A stretch of 64,000 nt of DNA from Eledone cirrhosa (lineage: Eukaryota). The translations under genes were made by a program, and so were the position numbers. Position 1 is the first letter of the stretch. Each line of letters begins with the position of its first letter. Under the pieces are notes generated by a model. It saw only the letters and a list, made by a program, of their open reading frames with translations, did no database searches and had not been told where the DNA came from. The stretch spans positions 350,548,001 to 350,612,000 of the forward strand of contig OZ024740.1 of the NCBI GenBank assembly GCA_964016885.1, written 5' to 3'. Shown here piece after piece: positions 14,362 to 28,924 of the stretch.

Positions 14362-15363
14362 TGGGTGTGTGGGCGTGTATGTATTTGTGTGTGCGTATGT
14401 ATGTGTATGTCCGTCGGGGCATACGTATGTACTGGCCTAAATCTTCACTATTTACTTTTCCTATTTTAATAACCTATATCATTTTCGTTTTCAATTTTAT
14501 TTACATCATTCTTAAACTCCGGGGCTGGAAATCATTCGGTTATTTTAAATAGAATATTAGTCTAACGACTCCATTTATACCATAAACTTGGTCTTGTCTT
14601 TGCATGAAATTGTTCTTTGCGATCCACATAACGACGTATTATCCTCGTTCATTGCCAGGGAACGTCTTCACGAACCAAAATATCATCTTCCTGTTTTCCT
14701 TCGGCTTCAACGTTTCTCGAAATATTTACTTGTGCGTTCACAGATTATTCTTAGTTCAATTTGAATGGGAAATTCCTGTTTCAACGATTTTCTCCGTAAC
14801 CATGGAAGCTTGTAACTTAAAAGTCGACCCGACGCCTCCTCAGGTCATTCTGCATATAAATTTCCGCTGCATTCGACCAAGCCATTTCGACGTTTATCTG
14901 ACTACACCTACTTACTTACTTAAATATACAACATCAGACCACTTTCAATTTATATAGCAGATATATACATGGGGCTTAGTGTTAGTGTGTGTGTTTGTGT
15001 GTATGTATGTATAGCTAGATGGAAATTATCACATGGATTATTCCTTTCATGACTAAAAATTATAGAATAAATTTAAGTATGTTTATTTTCTTCACACTAT
15101 TGATAATCGATTTGAAATTAAGAAAAGAAACTCTACACCTGCTGGGTTTATTATGCTTGGTCAGCATTTCTACACGGCCAACCATTTTCATCATCATCAC
15201 CGTCATCCTCATTACCCTTATCATCCTCATCATCATCATCATCATTACCAGTTACATTTATGACCCTCCCCAAGTATAACAATATATATATATATTGTTA
15301 TACATCCAAGACTGGAATTGAACCATCAAGACAGTTGAGATATGTCATACATTAATTCATGTA

Positions 15364-15425
15364 TTTTATCTAATGAGGACGTACTGAAAAAACAGCACAG
15401 TACCTCCGAAATATATATAATAAAA
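15364..15425 (+). ncRNA. Type I hammerhead ribozyme, probably inactivated (G5A)
   Basis: TTTTAT-CTAATGA-GGA-CGTACTG...CAGTAC-C-TCC-GAAA-TATATA-TA-ATAAAA. Confidence 0.65.
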
Positions 15426-16092
15426 CATATATTTTCATTATGTGAACGTCTTCATTTATTAATATTTTGAATAATATATATATATTTATGTATATATATA
15501 TATATACATATAGACATTGTGTTTATGTCCGTTTTTGTGTGTACAGCACCGAGATCGTCTTACTTGTGAATTGTGAATATGAAATTTAATAGAAAGTAGA
15601 TGAAATATTGCATATTGCATCTAAAATCACTATATTTTCGTAGTTCGACCGATAAATAAATATACATTATGTCGATAAATTTTCATAATAATAAAAAAAA
15701 AAGAAATTTATTTCTTGATAATAATCATCACCATTATTACCATAATTACCATTATTATTATTATTAGTAGTAATATTAATATTAGTATTATTATCATCAT
15801 CATCATTATTACATTTGCTGTTAAATATTATAAATTTAATAACGTGTACAATGTACAACTAACCCATTTTGTATCGATAAAAATGTGTTTTTCTAATACA
15901 CGCCTACTATTACACGCCAACCCCTATATATATTTATATATATTAATATATATATATTAATAAATTTCGTGTACAGGTGAGTAGGATTTTCTCATAAAGA
16001 TATAATTATATTTACCTATATAGAATTATAAAAGTCTCCTCCTACTTAGAATATAGGTGTGCATAGATGTTAGTAAGAAAATACAACATACG

Positions 16093-16131
<39 letters not shown>

Positions 16132-16176
16132 CTCTTTTACTCTTTTGCCTGTTCCAGCCATTCGGCTGAGGCCTTG

Positions 16177-16216
<40 letters not shown>

Positions 16217-17229
16217 GTTTTTACGCCTAACTTGTTTGCCTACCAAGACTACCTAACGGCTTTCTTGTTTTCTCCCTTCATTTTCGTTTTTTTTTTGTGT
16301 GTCTTTAGTAGATCTTCTTTCTGTTTCTCTATTGTGATCCTGTCTCTATTTCTTTCCTCTTTCCAATATCAGCGTGAAACTAATAAGACGTTTTGTACCC
16401 CTGTTTTTTTGTCTCCTTGAACTATATATACCGTATTTCCCGGCGACGAAGTTGTTTCATCCTCGAGGACCCACCCTAACTTTGACAACCCAAAATTTGA
16501 AAAAATATAATAAACAACCTTCGGCCTTCAGGACGCATGGCAGATCTTTTAGACTTATTTTTTGAAAAAAGTACCGGGAAACATTGTGAGATATGTAATA
16601 AATGACTCCTAAGTTTTTAAAAACCGTGACAATGCGATAGAAATATATATCTATAGAGCAAAGGATTAGAAATAAAACAAAACAAAGTAATGTTTTTACC
16701 TAGTATAAATCTTCATTGGTACGTAAATATTTTAAATATGTTTAAACTTACGGCAATTGGAAGAAGATTAAAACATTTCAGGCAGTGATCTAGAGATATA
16801 TACAAATCACTTTAAAACATTAATGGAAGGAAATATATGGTTTTAGGTGGTTTTAGCCACGCAAATGCAGTTCACTATTTTCTTTCACCTCTTGTGTGTA
16901 TATATAGCTTTAATTCCTTTAAATCTTCATCAACACTCCTTCATTCCCATACTCATTAATCCCCCCCCCCCCTCCAGACACACCCAAATCTCTTATATAT
17001 ATAGAGTCACACATCACAACGCAAGCTGAGATCAGTTTGACAATCACCACCGACGAATGCGAGAAAGTTCTCCGGGAAAGTTAACCAGAAATCTTTAAAA
17101 GTCTCCCCACCGAAGGCAACAAAAGACTTACTTGTAAAATTATAATAATATAAAATTAAATTGTTTAGAACTATAAGTGAAGTCATTCTTTTCTTTTTTT
17201 CATATATATATAGATAGATATAATCCTAC

Positions 17230-17540
17230 CTGGGGCACAGATATATGTACTTGGTGGGGTTCAATTGTTAAGCTCCTTTTTCCAAATACATGGTCCAGCG
17301 ACCCTTTCTTCCAGAATGCGGAATGGCTCTCAACTCCATCGTCACAGTAAGCATGACGTCCTCTCGGGTCATAAAGTGGGAAACTTTCAGCGGCATCTTC
17401 ATTTATGGGAACAATGAGAACTCAGAAGGAGCCATGCCTTGAGAGTAGGAAACCTGACGTATGTGGGCAATATCTTTCTATGAGAAGAAACACTGGATCA
17501 GTTCCAATGAATGAGTTGGAACCATGTTAAGATATAGCTA
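17230..17540 (-). pseudogene. Mariner transposase C-terminal remnant
   Basis: Minus strand reads YSQGMAPSEFSLFP*MKMPLKVSHFMTREDV...ELRAIP, a decayed YSPDLAPSDF motif. Confidence 0.75.
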
Positions 17541-17819
17541 CTAGTTATGGAAAATCCACAGAGAGGTTTCTTGCATCGAACTGCACCACGAATACATAGG
17601 GGGCGCGGCGGCTTCCTAATAATAGTCCTTTGTAATTGTTTGTCCTTCTGGTGCATATTGGTAATGTACAACGCTTAGGCATTCGAAAAAAGCAGCCAGC
17701 AGCCCCTAGATTTTGCGCTGCATCTAACATGTTTTTTGAGGACTGGGTGACAATCGATTTTTCCATTGGTATGACTGATTTTTTTGTTCCTATGTCGTAC
17801 CCATACATCTACTTATGAA

Positions 17820-17960
17820 GGCGCATGGCTTAGTGAGTAGAACATTGGGCTTGCAATCGAAAGGTTGTGAGTTCAATTCTCGCACCTGGTGATGTGTTGT
17901 TTTCTTGAGCAAGACACTTTATTTCACGTTGCTCCAGTTTACTCAGCTGTAAAATTGAGA
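17820..17960 (+). mobile_element. tRNA-derived SINE (second family)
   Basis: GGCGCATGGCTTAGTG A box, GAGTTCAATTC B box, then TTGAGCAAGACACTTTATTTCAC. Related copy at ~38645-38920. Confidence 0.8.
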
Positions 17961-20265
17961 TGATAGGACTGGGGTCCCTATCATTCGAATACCCAAGATA
18001 CCTCCAATGAGATATACCTTGGAGGAGGCCGGCTAAACCTACATAGGCGTGAGCTGTATCAACAACAACACAACAACCCATACACCTACGACTCATGTCA
18101 ACTTATCAGGGTATTCAAGAATTTGTTGGCAGTATCGGGCAAAATTAAATTGCGATGAAGAAATGGTACAGCTCCTCAAACATTCACTTTCTAACAGCGA
18201 CAAATACATCTAGTGAGCTCGCCAAAAAAAAAAAAAGGAAAAAACACTGCATACTTATGTATCCTTAATGTCATTTCTTTCCACGAGGAAAAAGTTCCGT
18301 AAATTTCGTACAGACACACACACACATACACATCTGTGTGATGGAGGGATTGGCTGATTGGTGAGTGCGCTTGCTTCGCAAACATAATGTCCCGTGTTTG
18401 GTCTCATTACGCAGTAATTTTGGCACGTGCTAGATAACCGTTGACTACGTGCTGCGTTCATCCGTTTTGTTGACAGGTCTTCTTTTGCCAATGGTATAAA
18501 TTATTTTTTAAATATATTTACTGAAGGAGTTTGGTTGGCAAATCAGTATAATCTCGTTTATCCTGTTATGTTCTCTGTTGACATTTGCATGGAATTATTC
18601 AAAAGTCAATTAAAAATGTTCTAGTCAACTGCTTCTATCAAATTTAATTATGTATCTCCATTTATTTAGTACGTACCAAAGTTGTATGTATTGACTCATA
18701 ACATCTGGCGAAGTCGTAGTGATGCTGTGGAAACAAATATCAATTCATGGGCATTTTAAACATGGTGAAGCCCCTCCTTCTTCAAGTCTGAATACTGCCG
18801 ATTTCTTCCAGAGAAGGAGAGAGAGGAAGTGAGAATGATATATAGAGGATAAATGGTACCTTTTTTTATCGATTTCGAATAGATGTAAAGCAATGATGAC
18901 TTCGGCGGGATTTTAATTTAAGATGCACAGAGCCGGAACAAATACTGCAAATCATTCTATCCGATGGTCTAACAACTTTATGCTTAAGTTTGAAATCTCT
19001 TTTATATTAGTATATTCCTTCAATTAAAAACTTTGAGAGCTACAGCTAATTACTACAAATTCAACCTAGACTGTCATCGAAGATTTTCCTCAACCAACAA
19101 GACGTTTCTTAAAGAATTTTCGGTTCAGGTTTCAATTCACTTAGCACTAGTTTAGCATCATTTACTTTAGTGAGATTCAGCTGCTATTTCGTTCCTGCCT
19201 GTGTCACTGTTAATGGTGAAATTATAGCTGAACTCAATAACAGATATTTTACTTTGTTTTTTAACTCAAGCCAGCCCATTGATTTGGGATTCAAATTCTG
19301 TCAAAATGCGTGATAGTGTGACCAGGTTAAAAATACTTATTTTCATATTTTCTCAAGACATTGTATTGGGAGACCAAAGGAACATCCATCACAATAAAAC
19401 TGGGAGGGTCGTGGCGGCAGAATCCAGACCTTCCAACCTCTGAAAGCCCAAATGGAGTGTACCGTGAAAAAAAGTGCCCCTAAACGGGGAGAAATGAGTG
19501 AGGCAAAATGGAAAGAATTTACATAATGAAAGCTATACGTATTTTCATAAGAGAAGACGGACGGGGAGAGTTGACAGGTCTGAGAATCCTCAAACCTACC
19601 TTTCAGCGTGTCCTATTGGAAGCAATTGTCTCCAATTAATCTGGTTGTATCCCCAAGCGAAAACAACCAAGCTCAGTTTTGCTCTATCCCCTTCCCCACC
19701 ATGATTATTTAGGCTTTGTTACTATTCTTTTACTTTTTAATCTCATACTGGTTTTAGGAAATGGACTTCCGCCAAATATATTGACCCATGTATTTATCGA
19801 TCTTCATCTATCGAATAGCAAAGTTAATTTATTGCGTTATGTCAAACGAGATAGATACCTCCCCTTTTACAGTACACAAGACAAGAACTTTACAAAGATT
19901 TCCATCGTTACAAACAAACACAGACACAGTAACAGACGCCCATGTAAGAAATCATCATTTACTTTTACTAATTACCATTGAAAATATCGTTGATTCAGTT
20001 ATGGCGGAAGGAATGATTAGTTCGAGCAGGCAAGATGTGATTCTTAAAAACAAAACATTATCAGCTTCTCTTTATTACTTCTACCCCACTCCACTCTCTC
20101 TCTCTCTCACACAAATTCTTCCTTTCTCTCTTAGATACATACACTCTCTCCCATACTCTGATTTTTGTTTTCTTTTCGCAATGCTGTGTCTCTAATTTGA
20201 TGATTAATAATGTATGTCACCCAATGAATTAATTTCTGTGGAGGAAAGGGATAAAAAGACAGAGA

Positions 20266-20333
<68 letters not shown>

Positions 20334-20401
20334 ATATATAGAGAGAGAGAGTATGTTTGTGAGAGAGAAAGAAAGAGAAAGAGTGAGAAGGGGAGAGATA
20401 A

Positions 20402-20440
<39 letters not shown>

Positions 20441-23400
20441 AAGCGAGAGAGAAAGTGAGTGTTTACAACAGTATTACGGTTTGATTGATTAAAAAAAACT
20501 AGATACAAATATAAGCCCCAACAATAAGAACAATACGTATGACGACAATGGTGTAAATGTAAAGGCGAGGGAGAAGGGGTTATGGGAGATTGTGAAGGTG
20601 AAGGGATGTTGTATGTTGTTGACGACACCAAATGGTATGAAATGTGATTAGCTTTGTGGAGGAAAACAAACGGCAATAAGACATCGATCGTCACATTGGT
20701 GAGAAAAAAAGACAAAACACATAACAAAAACAAACAAAAAATGAAATCAATTTCATTCGAGAGAGAAGTTTATCCTTCTCCACTACAAACTGTTTTACTA
20801 CAGCTGCTACTACCTCTGTTATCACTCATTCTTTCTGTTCTATTTTACGTTTGTTCCCTTCGTTCTTTATTTTTTGTTCTTCGTTCTGCTTTCTCTTCCA
20901 ACATAGATCTGGACTAAATGATAAAAAGAAAGCTGTAGCCTTTATCTTTTCTTCTTTTCGTTCTGATACTTTTCCTCTTTTTCGTGTTTTCATTTTCTTT
21001 TCCCGCTTTTTTTAATCTTATATTTTCTTATTTTACTATTATTACTTTTTTCTTTCTAAATCTCTTCCCCCCCCCCCTTCGTGTTTCGATGTAATCGACT
21101 GTGTAGCCTGCGTACAAATATATGACGGCGACTTTATTAAATTCCAGTCATATATGTACGACATTCCAGCGTCCCTTTATCCACATTTTTCGAGTAGTGT
21201 TGGACCAGACACACTGGCCGTTGGTACCAAGCTCGACAGACTGTCACATTTTCCGGAAGAAAAGTTGCAGAATTCTGAAAATCCGATAACATGTTATCGG
21301 ATTTGCAGAATTCTGTGGTGAGTGATTGTGTTAGGAGTGATCTGGTTAGGATGATCTGATGCTAGACCTGTTCACCCATTATTCGACAGACATATAGGTA
21401 GCAGTTTAGGGACATTCACAGCTTTGTTAGTTGGATGCAGAGGAATTGGTGATGAAGGGCGCAGACAATGGACAGGTCATCGAACAGGCTGAGAATGGAC
21501 CAAGTAAATGAACCTACTCTTAACTATACTTCTAAAGAGGTTGTATGCTGATAGTAAGAGACATCTTTTACTATTAATCCATATTTAAGCGCATCTGATC
21601 TTAAGATTCTGAAGTATTCTCATCATAAAGTATAAATTAATTATATTATTTACTAAATTGTAAAGTGTGACGTCTAATATGTTTAAGTATTCATGGCTAT
21701 TTGTATAGATCTAAATACATTGTATTTGCTTTCATTATACAAGCAACATTCTATTTAATGCCAATTCCATCTCAATATCTTCAGTAAATCAAGGTACTGA
21801 TTTTACTTAAAGTATCTTTTTGATCTTCATTCTTTCCTAACAGCTTCAGGTCATTCACAAATAGTTTATATACTTTGTGCTATATGCCCTGCCATGATTA
21901 AAAAATATATATAATGTTCAACATTCCCTGTCAACCTTTATAAAATAAATGCCATTAAATATTGACGCCGTCAATTAATTCTACTACACAATTCTACAAT
22001 AAATGGGTGATTTAGTTTCAATATTAGAAATCTTCATTATTGATGTAGCTGCTACTTAATTCATCGTGTAATGACGTGTCTTGAAGCACCTCATATTTAA
22101 CTTGTGATAAAAGTTGTTTTATCTCACATATATTGAGTTTATTTTATTGTTATTATTATATCTGGAAATTGAAGAAAATCTTAATTGTTGTATATCTTCT
22201 CTATTTAGAGGAAGGAATGCTGTTAATTGTTATTTGTTTATGCTTTCTCAGAAGAAAATAATTTCAACATGGCTACGGTGTTGAGAGTAGTTGAAGTAAT
22301 TCGGATGTGGGAAAAAAATTTTAATCTTTAGAATATTCCGAACAATTTATCAACACGAACAAATTTCAGCACTAAGAGCAAAATCGACAATAATGCTTTC
22401 AGGAACAATAGTGACAATGCCAAGAACAAAATCGATAATTGTAGATACTTGTCTTAATGACTGCCACTATACAGTGGCCACAATAGTGAACATTACTATT
22501 GTCCTCTGATTTTATTAGTTATTTTTGGCATCATTGAATAACTGGTCTTCGTGTAATGATTCAAGGAAGCGTTTCTCAGAAACGCTTTCTTCGTCTTGCT
22601 TCCATTGCTTTCATTGCAGTTATTTTTACGTTTCTTCACCTATTTACAGCAAGGTAGCTTGAGTCATTTGAAAGTTAAATTACCTTCACTACATTAGCAA
22701 GCCAGTGCTGATGTCAGTGCTGCCGTCATTCAGCAGCTTTTCCCTTGTCTTATTCATTCAGGCATCAAAGCAGTCACGGTAGTGACGCCAGTTAGTAAAG
22801 TTGGAACTAAATGGGAGACAGCAAAACAAATAAAAACATACATAGGTGGTGGGAGCAAAAGAACACATATACATATATCTGAAAGTAGTAGAAATATATC
22901 AGCTGGGAACAAGAAGAACTACTTCTGCAAGTGTTGTTTCACTAATTGAGTGAACTTAAACATTTATAGTTAGATGCACCCCGGTTCATGTTGCCTCGGT
23001 CAATTCATTTGAAAATGACTCCCAGAAGCAGTACCAGTACCAGGCGGTAGTTTTAAACCCTCAGTCGACGTCAATAAACCCGTGATAAGCTCTCACCTGA
23101 TGAGCCTCCCAGTTTGAAATAGATTTTAACTCTTTTTTTTCCTGAAAAATATAGGGGAGATGTTGAGGATATTAATAAAGAATAAACCGTCCCAACTACT
23201 ATCGAGCGTCCTTTCTGAGTTATAATACATTACTTTTCACTCGAAGAAATAAGCACATGAAAAATATTCACGCAGTTTCATTTTAATGGGAAAATACTGT
23301 TTAAGAACAGGGTAATATTATTAACTGGGTAGTTGAACTTTTCAGTTGTTTGTGCCTTCATAATGTATTTTGGAAAGCCGATTAACGTGAATTGGTGACA

Positions 23401-23804
23401 AATCTGTATCTTGAGATGATGGTGATTTGAGACAAGTAGTGGAGAATAGAAATCTCAAATGTACCATTCATGAAGACGAATGACATTCATATCTATCTCG
23501 GAAATAAAAACAAGCTAACAATCAACATACAAGCCGGTGTAACAGTAACATCTTAAGAACGAAGTAACAACGTCAGTGATCAGTTGTGGTTTAACTGCAT
23601 CTCAGTCTCATTGTCACTGTATTCCGACAATAGATTGTTTGACCCTAGGTCTTGTTCTAGCTGCATATATATATATTGGATCTATAATATATACAGCTAT
23701 ATTCCCTGTGCAATATGTTAACGTAAAGTGTGATCTTCCATTTCTAGTATATTCCATCTGACAGAAAGTTACAAGTGCCTGGCAACAGCCTAGGTGTAAT
23801 GCAA

Positions 23805-24097
23805 TTATTCTCGGTCTACGATTGAAGGCGTCCTTTGATTTCTTCGGTAGCCACCATGATATTTTTTATTCTCTTTCATTAGATCATCCAGCAATAAATG
23901 TCGAGGCCTAGATAAGGGAACCAACTAACGTTTTTTTCTCTTGTTTGCTTCTGTTTTTTTTTTTTATGCGAGACCTACATACAACCTTTTGGCGATTGTG
24001 AAACGGGTGGATCTTTCTCAAGTTGATCAGTTGAAGATCGCTGCTTCTGATAGGACCCGCTGGAAGGTGTATTTGGGGACTCTGTCCCCATTGTCCT
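23805..24097 (-). CDS. Candidate two-exon coding segment (24097/24091-23979 joined to 23907-23805), unknown S/P-rich peptide
   Basis: 71-nt intron GTAGGT...TTCCCTTATCTAG joins in frame to give MGTESPNTPSSGSYQKQRSSTDQLEKDPPVSQSPKGCMPRHLLLDDLMKENKKYHGGYRRNQRTPSIVDRE*. No recognisable homology. Confidence 0.3.
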
Positions 24098-25105
24098 CTC
24101 AAGAATAAGTGAGTGAAGAAGAAGAAGAAGAAGAAGAAGAAGAAGATTGCAGTGAGTGGTTTCAATCAACTCAAATAAAAAAGGGCTTTGTTGGAAAGAA
24201 ATGCCGTAACAAATATTGAGTGTGAAAGAAAACAATAGACAAATAATGAATAAATAAATAAATAAATAAAAAAGAGATGTATTATTTTATTCTGTATTTT
24301 TCGGAGGAACTACAGAAATGAAAAATGAAAAAGTAAATTAGATATGACTCAGGAAACATTACGTGAAGTAGGAAATTTACGCACTGTTGCTAACGGGAAA
24401 TATTTTTGCTTCATTTTCCTAACTATACTTAAATTTGGATTTCCTACTTACTTCTTGAGAATTTATCTTTATCTTGTTTTTTAATTTTTTAATAACTTTT
24501 TAGATTGCTTTTCATTAGAATTGGTACAAAATAGAATAGGAAGCTCGGCAAAATATTGCGATTTCCAATCCTAGAACAAAAGGCACAAATAATCTAGAGA
24601 AATACCGGGAATAGAACAACTACCATAAATCATAGATCATAGAAACGAAAAAACCTCAGTTTGTTGACAAACTGAGGTAGCAACAAACAATCACTCGTTC
24701 TGTTATAAATTGCAGGCAAATCTTCAAATCATATCAGACTCAAACTGAAGAAGGCAAAGGCGTATTGGATATTGTCGTCCTGAATACACTATTCATTTAC
24801 TCTTTTATTCTTTCAATCATTGCAGTCGTTCGACTGCAGCCATGCTGGGGTTTCGCTTTGAAAGGATTTAATTGATCATATCGGCACCAGTACATATTTA
24901 TCGATCTCTTTGTCAAACTGCTATATTACCTGCCATGGAAAAACAATAAGGCTAAAGACGGACAGTGAAGCACACACGCACATGCATATTATATACATAT
25001 GTACATGATATATATATACATATATATACATACATACATACATTCATAAGTATATATATGTGTGTATATATATATATATATAAACATATACTTACATATA
25101 CATAT

Positions 25106-25143
<38 letters not shown>

Positions 25144-25163
25144 AAATACTTACATATACATAT

Positions 25164-25211
<48 letters not shown>

Positions 25212-25260
25212 AAAAGATGCGAGACAAACCCGAACAGAAACACAAACCCTCCATCTCATT

Positions 25261-25304
25261 TTTACTTTTGATAAGCATAAGAATTGTGAAACCGGTAAAG
25301 TAAA
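25261..25304 (+). ncRNA. Minimal type I hammerhead ribozyme, U3-A8 core variant
   Basis: TTTACTT-TTGATAA-GCA-TAAGAAT-TGT-GAAA-CCGG-TA-AAGTAAA. 7-bp stem I and palindromic ACCGGT stem III. Confidence 0.75.
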
Positions 25305-25831
25305 TAATTAAATATTCTTAAAAGACTCCAGTTGCATTTTCAATTCCTTCCCTTTATACCTGTGTACGACATCTCTTTTAAAAAAAAAAAAGAAAAAACA
25401 ACTCATTTTCTTATATATATATGTGTTTCATATATACGATGAGCTTCCACAGTTTCCATCTATCAAATTCACTCAACCGGAGGCCATAGTAACTTTCCCA
25501 AGCTACCACGTAGTGGTATCGAACCATGTAGTTGTGCAGCCATGTCTGTACCTATGTCAATGTAGAGAAAAGGCAAAATGGTTGATCAAATATCAGACCG
25601 TTCATTTAATCCGTCATTCTCGATAGGAACTTTCCAATATATTTGGATATACATAAATAGCTAATTCTTCTTTTTCGTCATTAATTCTGTCTACTGCTTT
25701 TGCTACGCAATACTTCCACCGGGGGCAAGCGACTTTTACTCCAGGTGAGTAAAATTCGTACATGGAAGGTGAGTGTAAGTGGCGGGGTCATCTTACACAC
25801 ACACGCACACACACGCACACGCACGCACACG

Positions 25832-25938
<107 letters not shown>

Positions 25939-26144
25939 CAAAATATTGGTTGCCAGGAGATGAAGTGGACCCACCTACATATAGAATGTTATCATTTAAT
26001 TTTTATAATGAATAAATAACATTTTCAAAAAATATATAATTGGAAACAAAACAGTGCAATCAAATTTTTGCATAAAATATCTTACCTCCTCCAATAAAAA
26101 ATATGTATTTTGCCATGAACGACACCGCATCTTTTTAACTTTGA

Positions 26145-26444
26145 TTTTGAAAGTTGGTTTATAATTATTAATTTTCCGTAACTGGCACGGCAGACTAGTT
26201 CGAGGTATCATAGCCGGTGGTGATCCTCGTTTGAAGTTCGATCCTGGTCGGGAGTAGGGTTCCCGGTAAACATTTTCACTTTTTTCTCTGGAATGTAAAA
26301 TAAAACTGAAAAAGACTACATGAATCTCTCGACCAGGATTGAACCCAATAGGAGAAACTCACCGCCCCTAGTACCTACCACTAGACCACAGCGACAACTA
26401 CGAAAACCTTATGAAAATTCATACTTATAAACCTACTTTCAAAA
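26145..26444. mobile_element. Fold-back element with two convergent tRNA-like heads
   Basis: Inverted flanks TTTTGAAAGTTGGTTTATAA / TTATAAACCTACTTTCAAAA. B boxes at 26235-26244 (+) and 26336-26345 (-); A box TGGTCTAGTGG at 26378-26388 (-). Confidence 0.6.
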
Positions 26445-26660
26445 TTTTCAAAACAAAATTATGTTTTATTTATGTCTTTCTTAATGTTATTGTTCCAACT
26501 TTAGGTCGACTTCTAAATCATTTGGGTGTTCCATAAACTACATTCATTTCTGTTACACACCCCCCTCTCACTTTCTCTCGGTGATATTTGAATCTACTAT
26601 GATTTGGGCTTACCTTATTATATATGTATGTTAGTTAGATTCAAACTTACAATGATTGGC

Positions 26661-26714
<54 letters not shown>

Positions 26715-27432
26715 TCATGTGTGTGTTTAGTGATTCTACAAAAATGATGTATGTACGTTCATAAAAAAAAAATAAGCACTTCAAATCAATGTGACAAACT
26801 AAATTCCATCAACATGGTACCTCCAGCATGGCCATGTCTAATGAGTGAAACCAGTAACAGAATAAAAGTATAAATGAATGCCGTCTTCGAAGTTGTGAAC
26901 TTCAAACCTCATCACCCTTTGAGCAAAGAAGGCGTTATTTGACGATTTGTTTGTGTCATTGTAAAATTTGAAAGCAGTTTTGTTTGTGTTGTTAATGTTG
27001 TTACCGACTTCGTTAAAATTACCGATATTAGCGTAACCAATATTTGTTACACAAACATTTTCTGAATTACATGAAGTAATATTTTTCTTTCTTTATTTAT
27101 TGTGCATGATATTTATGGTTATGTTTGTTTCATCTTTCTTTGTGCTTTTCAGAAGAAAGAGTTGCTCTGGTGAATCCACGGTGAATTCAATCATAGTAAA
27201 AACTTTAAAAAAATAATTCTTTCTTCTTTCGTAATCAGAGAGTAAAATATAAAAACAAAATTCTCCCCTCTTCCCTGCAATATTTCGCACAAGTGCAACA
27301 CATCTAAACGGAAACAAACATTTTTTCATCCACATTGAAACGGTAAAATTATCCAAAATATGCAAGCAAAGCCATAAATAGCAACAAAGAAGAGTGTCTT
27401 TGACAGTTCGTCAGCAAATAATAATAATATTA

Positions 27433-27620
27433 ATGCTTTCTGATTTTGGCATAAGGTCAACAAGTTGAGTGGAAGAGGAAAGTCGACTAAATTGAACCAG
27501 TGTATTACTGCTACTTTATTTTATCGACACTGTAAGGATGAAAGATGAAGCTAACTTCGGCGGGATTTGAACTCAGAATGCAGTGGGTTATAACTAACTA
27601 CACAGTGAATCTTGTTCGAT
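27433..27620 (-). mobile_element. tRNA-derived SINE, diverged
   Basis: Reverse complement of B box, central domain and tail, adjoining (TAA)n. Confidence 0.75.
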
Positions 27621-27649
27621 TGATTCTAGCTACACAACACCAATGTCTG

Positions 27650-28090
27650 GAAACAAACAATTACGAGAATAAAATAATGAAAGTAGACCCCAGTATAACA
27701 TGCAAACTGTACACCCAGTAGAATGGGGCCATTAGTCATATCATCTTCGGATATCCAGTTCTTGACAAGTATCAATATATACATATACATTATCCAATGT
27801 GCAATTATCCAGTATTATCCAGTGTGCAATATGTCAACAGATCCAGGAAAATCATCAGAATATAATAATCAATGACAGAATCAAAAATACATGCGCATTG
27901 ATGGACATCGTCATCCATGCTGACCTAAATATTGCACAAAATATAGTGAAGTGGAAAGGCTGTCAAAATTCAAGGAGCACTAACTATGACAAAAATATAT
28001 GAACAATAATATATCAGCCACAAGTCTCACAGCGCTGTCCCAAAATAGCTCTGCTAGGAACAGCCTACGTCCTGCACAATACATTATAGA
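27650..28090 (+). pseudogene. Decayed RLE-type (R4-like) LINE 3' fragment
   Basis: CKLY...ISHIIFGYPVLDK (CCHC remnant) and NIIINDRIKNTCALMDIVIHADLNI (PD-(D/E)xK-like region). Confidence 0.65.
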
Positions 28091-28367
28091 TCAAATTGCA
28101 CAGCCCAAACAGTACAAACTCTACATACAATACACTCTACAAAATAAACTTCTAATAAAATAAAACAACTCACATTATACATCATTTACACAACTGTATA
28201 ATCTACGTAACTGGTAATTTGATAATTACTTAAAATTCCTGTTTATATACAGTATATATAGTTAAGAGATTGTAACGTCCAATTACTGTAGGCTCACCAA
28301 TGTGAGCACTAGATGCGTAGTTTCCAATATATATATATATATATATATATATGCATGTATGTATGTA

Positions 28368-28453
<86 letters not shown>

Positions 28454-28592
28454 GGACCGAAGCTCCGAATTATGCCATTTTGTTCATTTTACGTACGTTT
28501 CACTGACAACAAATAACTGATAGATACACATACATTTTTTCAAGTGAGCTTTGATCTCGTAATAAAGTAGATCTCTCTACATGTTAAACTTT

Positions 28593-28663
<71 letters not shown>

Positions 28664-28924
28664 ACGGAACATGCAGCACAAAGCAGAATTTCAATCTGAA
28701 AGTTCTATGCAAGTACAGTCAACATTAACAGGATCGTTACCACGTATGGGCATGGCACGATGCGCTGTATGCGACCATGAAGACATATAACATGGGTCAA
28801 AGAATCATCTACACCATAAAAGAAGGCGTTATTTGATGATTTGTTTGTTTCATTGTAAAATTTGAAAGCAGTTTTGTTTGTGTTGTTAATGTTGTTACCG
28901 ACTTCGTTAAAACGGTACGTGAAA

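Noticed and set aside
16428-16580. TACCGTATTTCCCGG start resembling a pogo/Tigger-type MITE
   Set aside because: The matching terminal repeat is degenerate and the boundaries are not definable.
23095-23130. CTGATGA...GAAA
   Set aside because: No stem I, II or III complementarity.
28470-28550. Minus-strand TTGAAAA...GAAA-CGTACG-TA possible fourth U3-A8 hammerhead
   Set aside because: Stems I and II do not pair convincingly.
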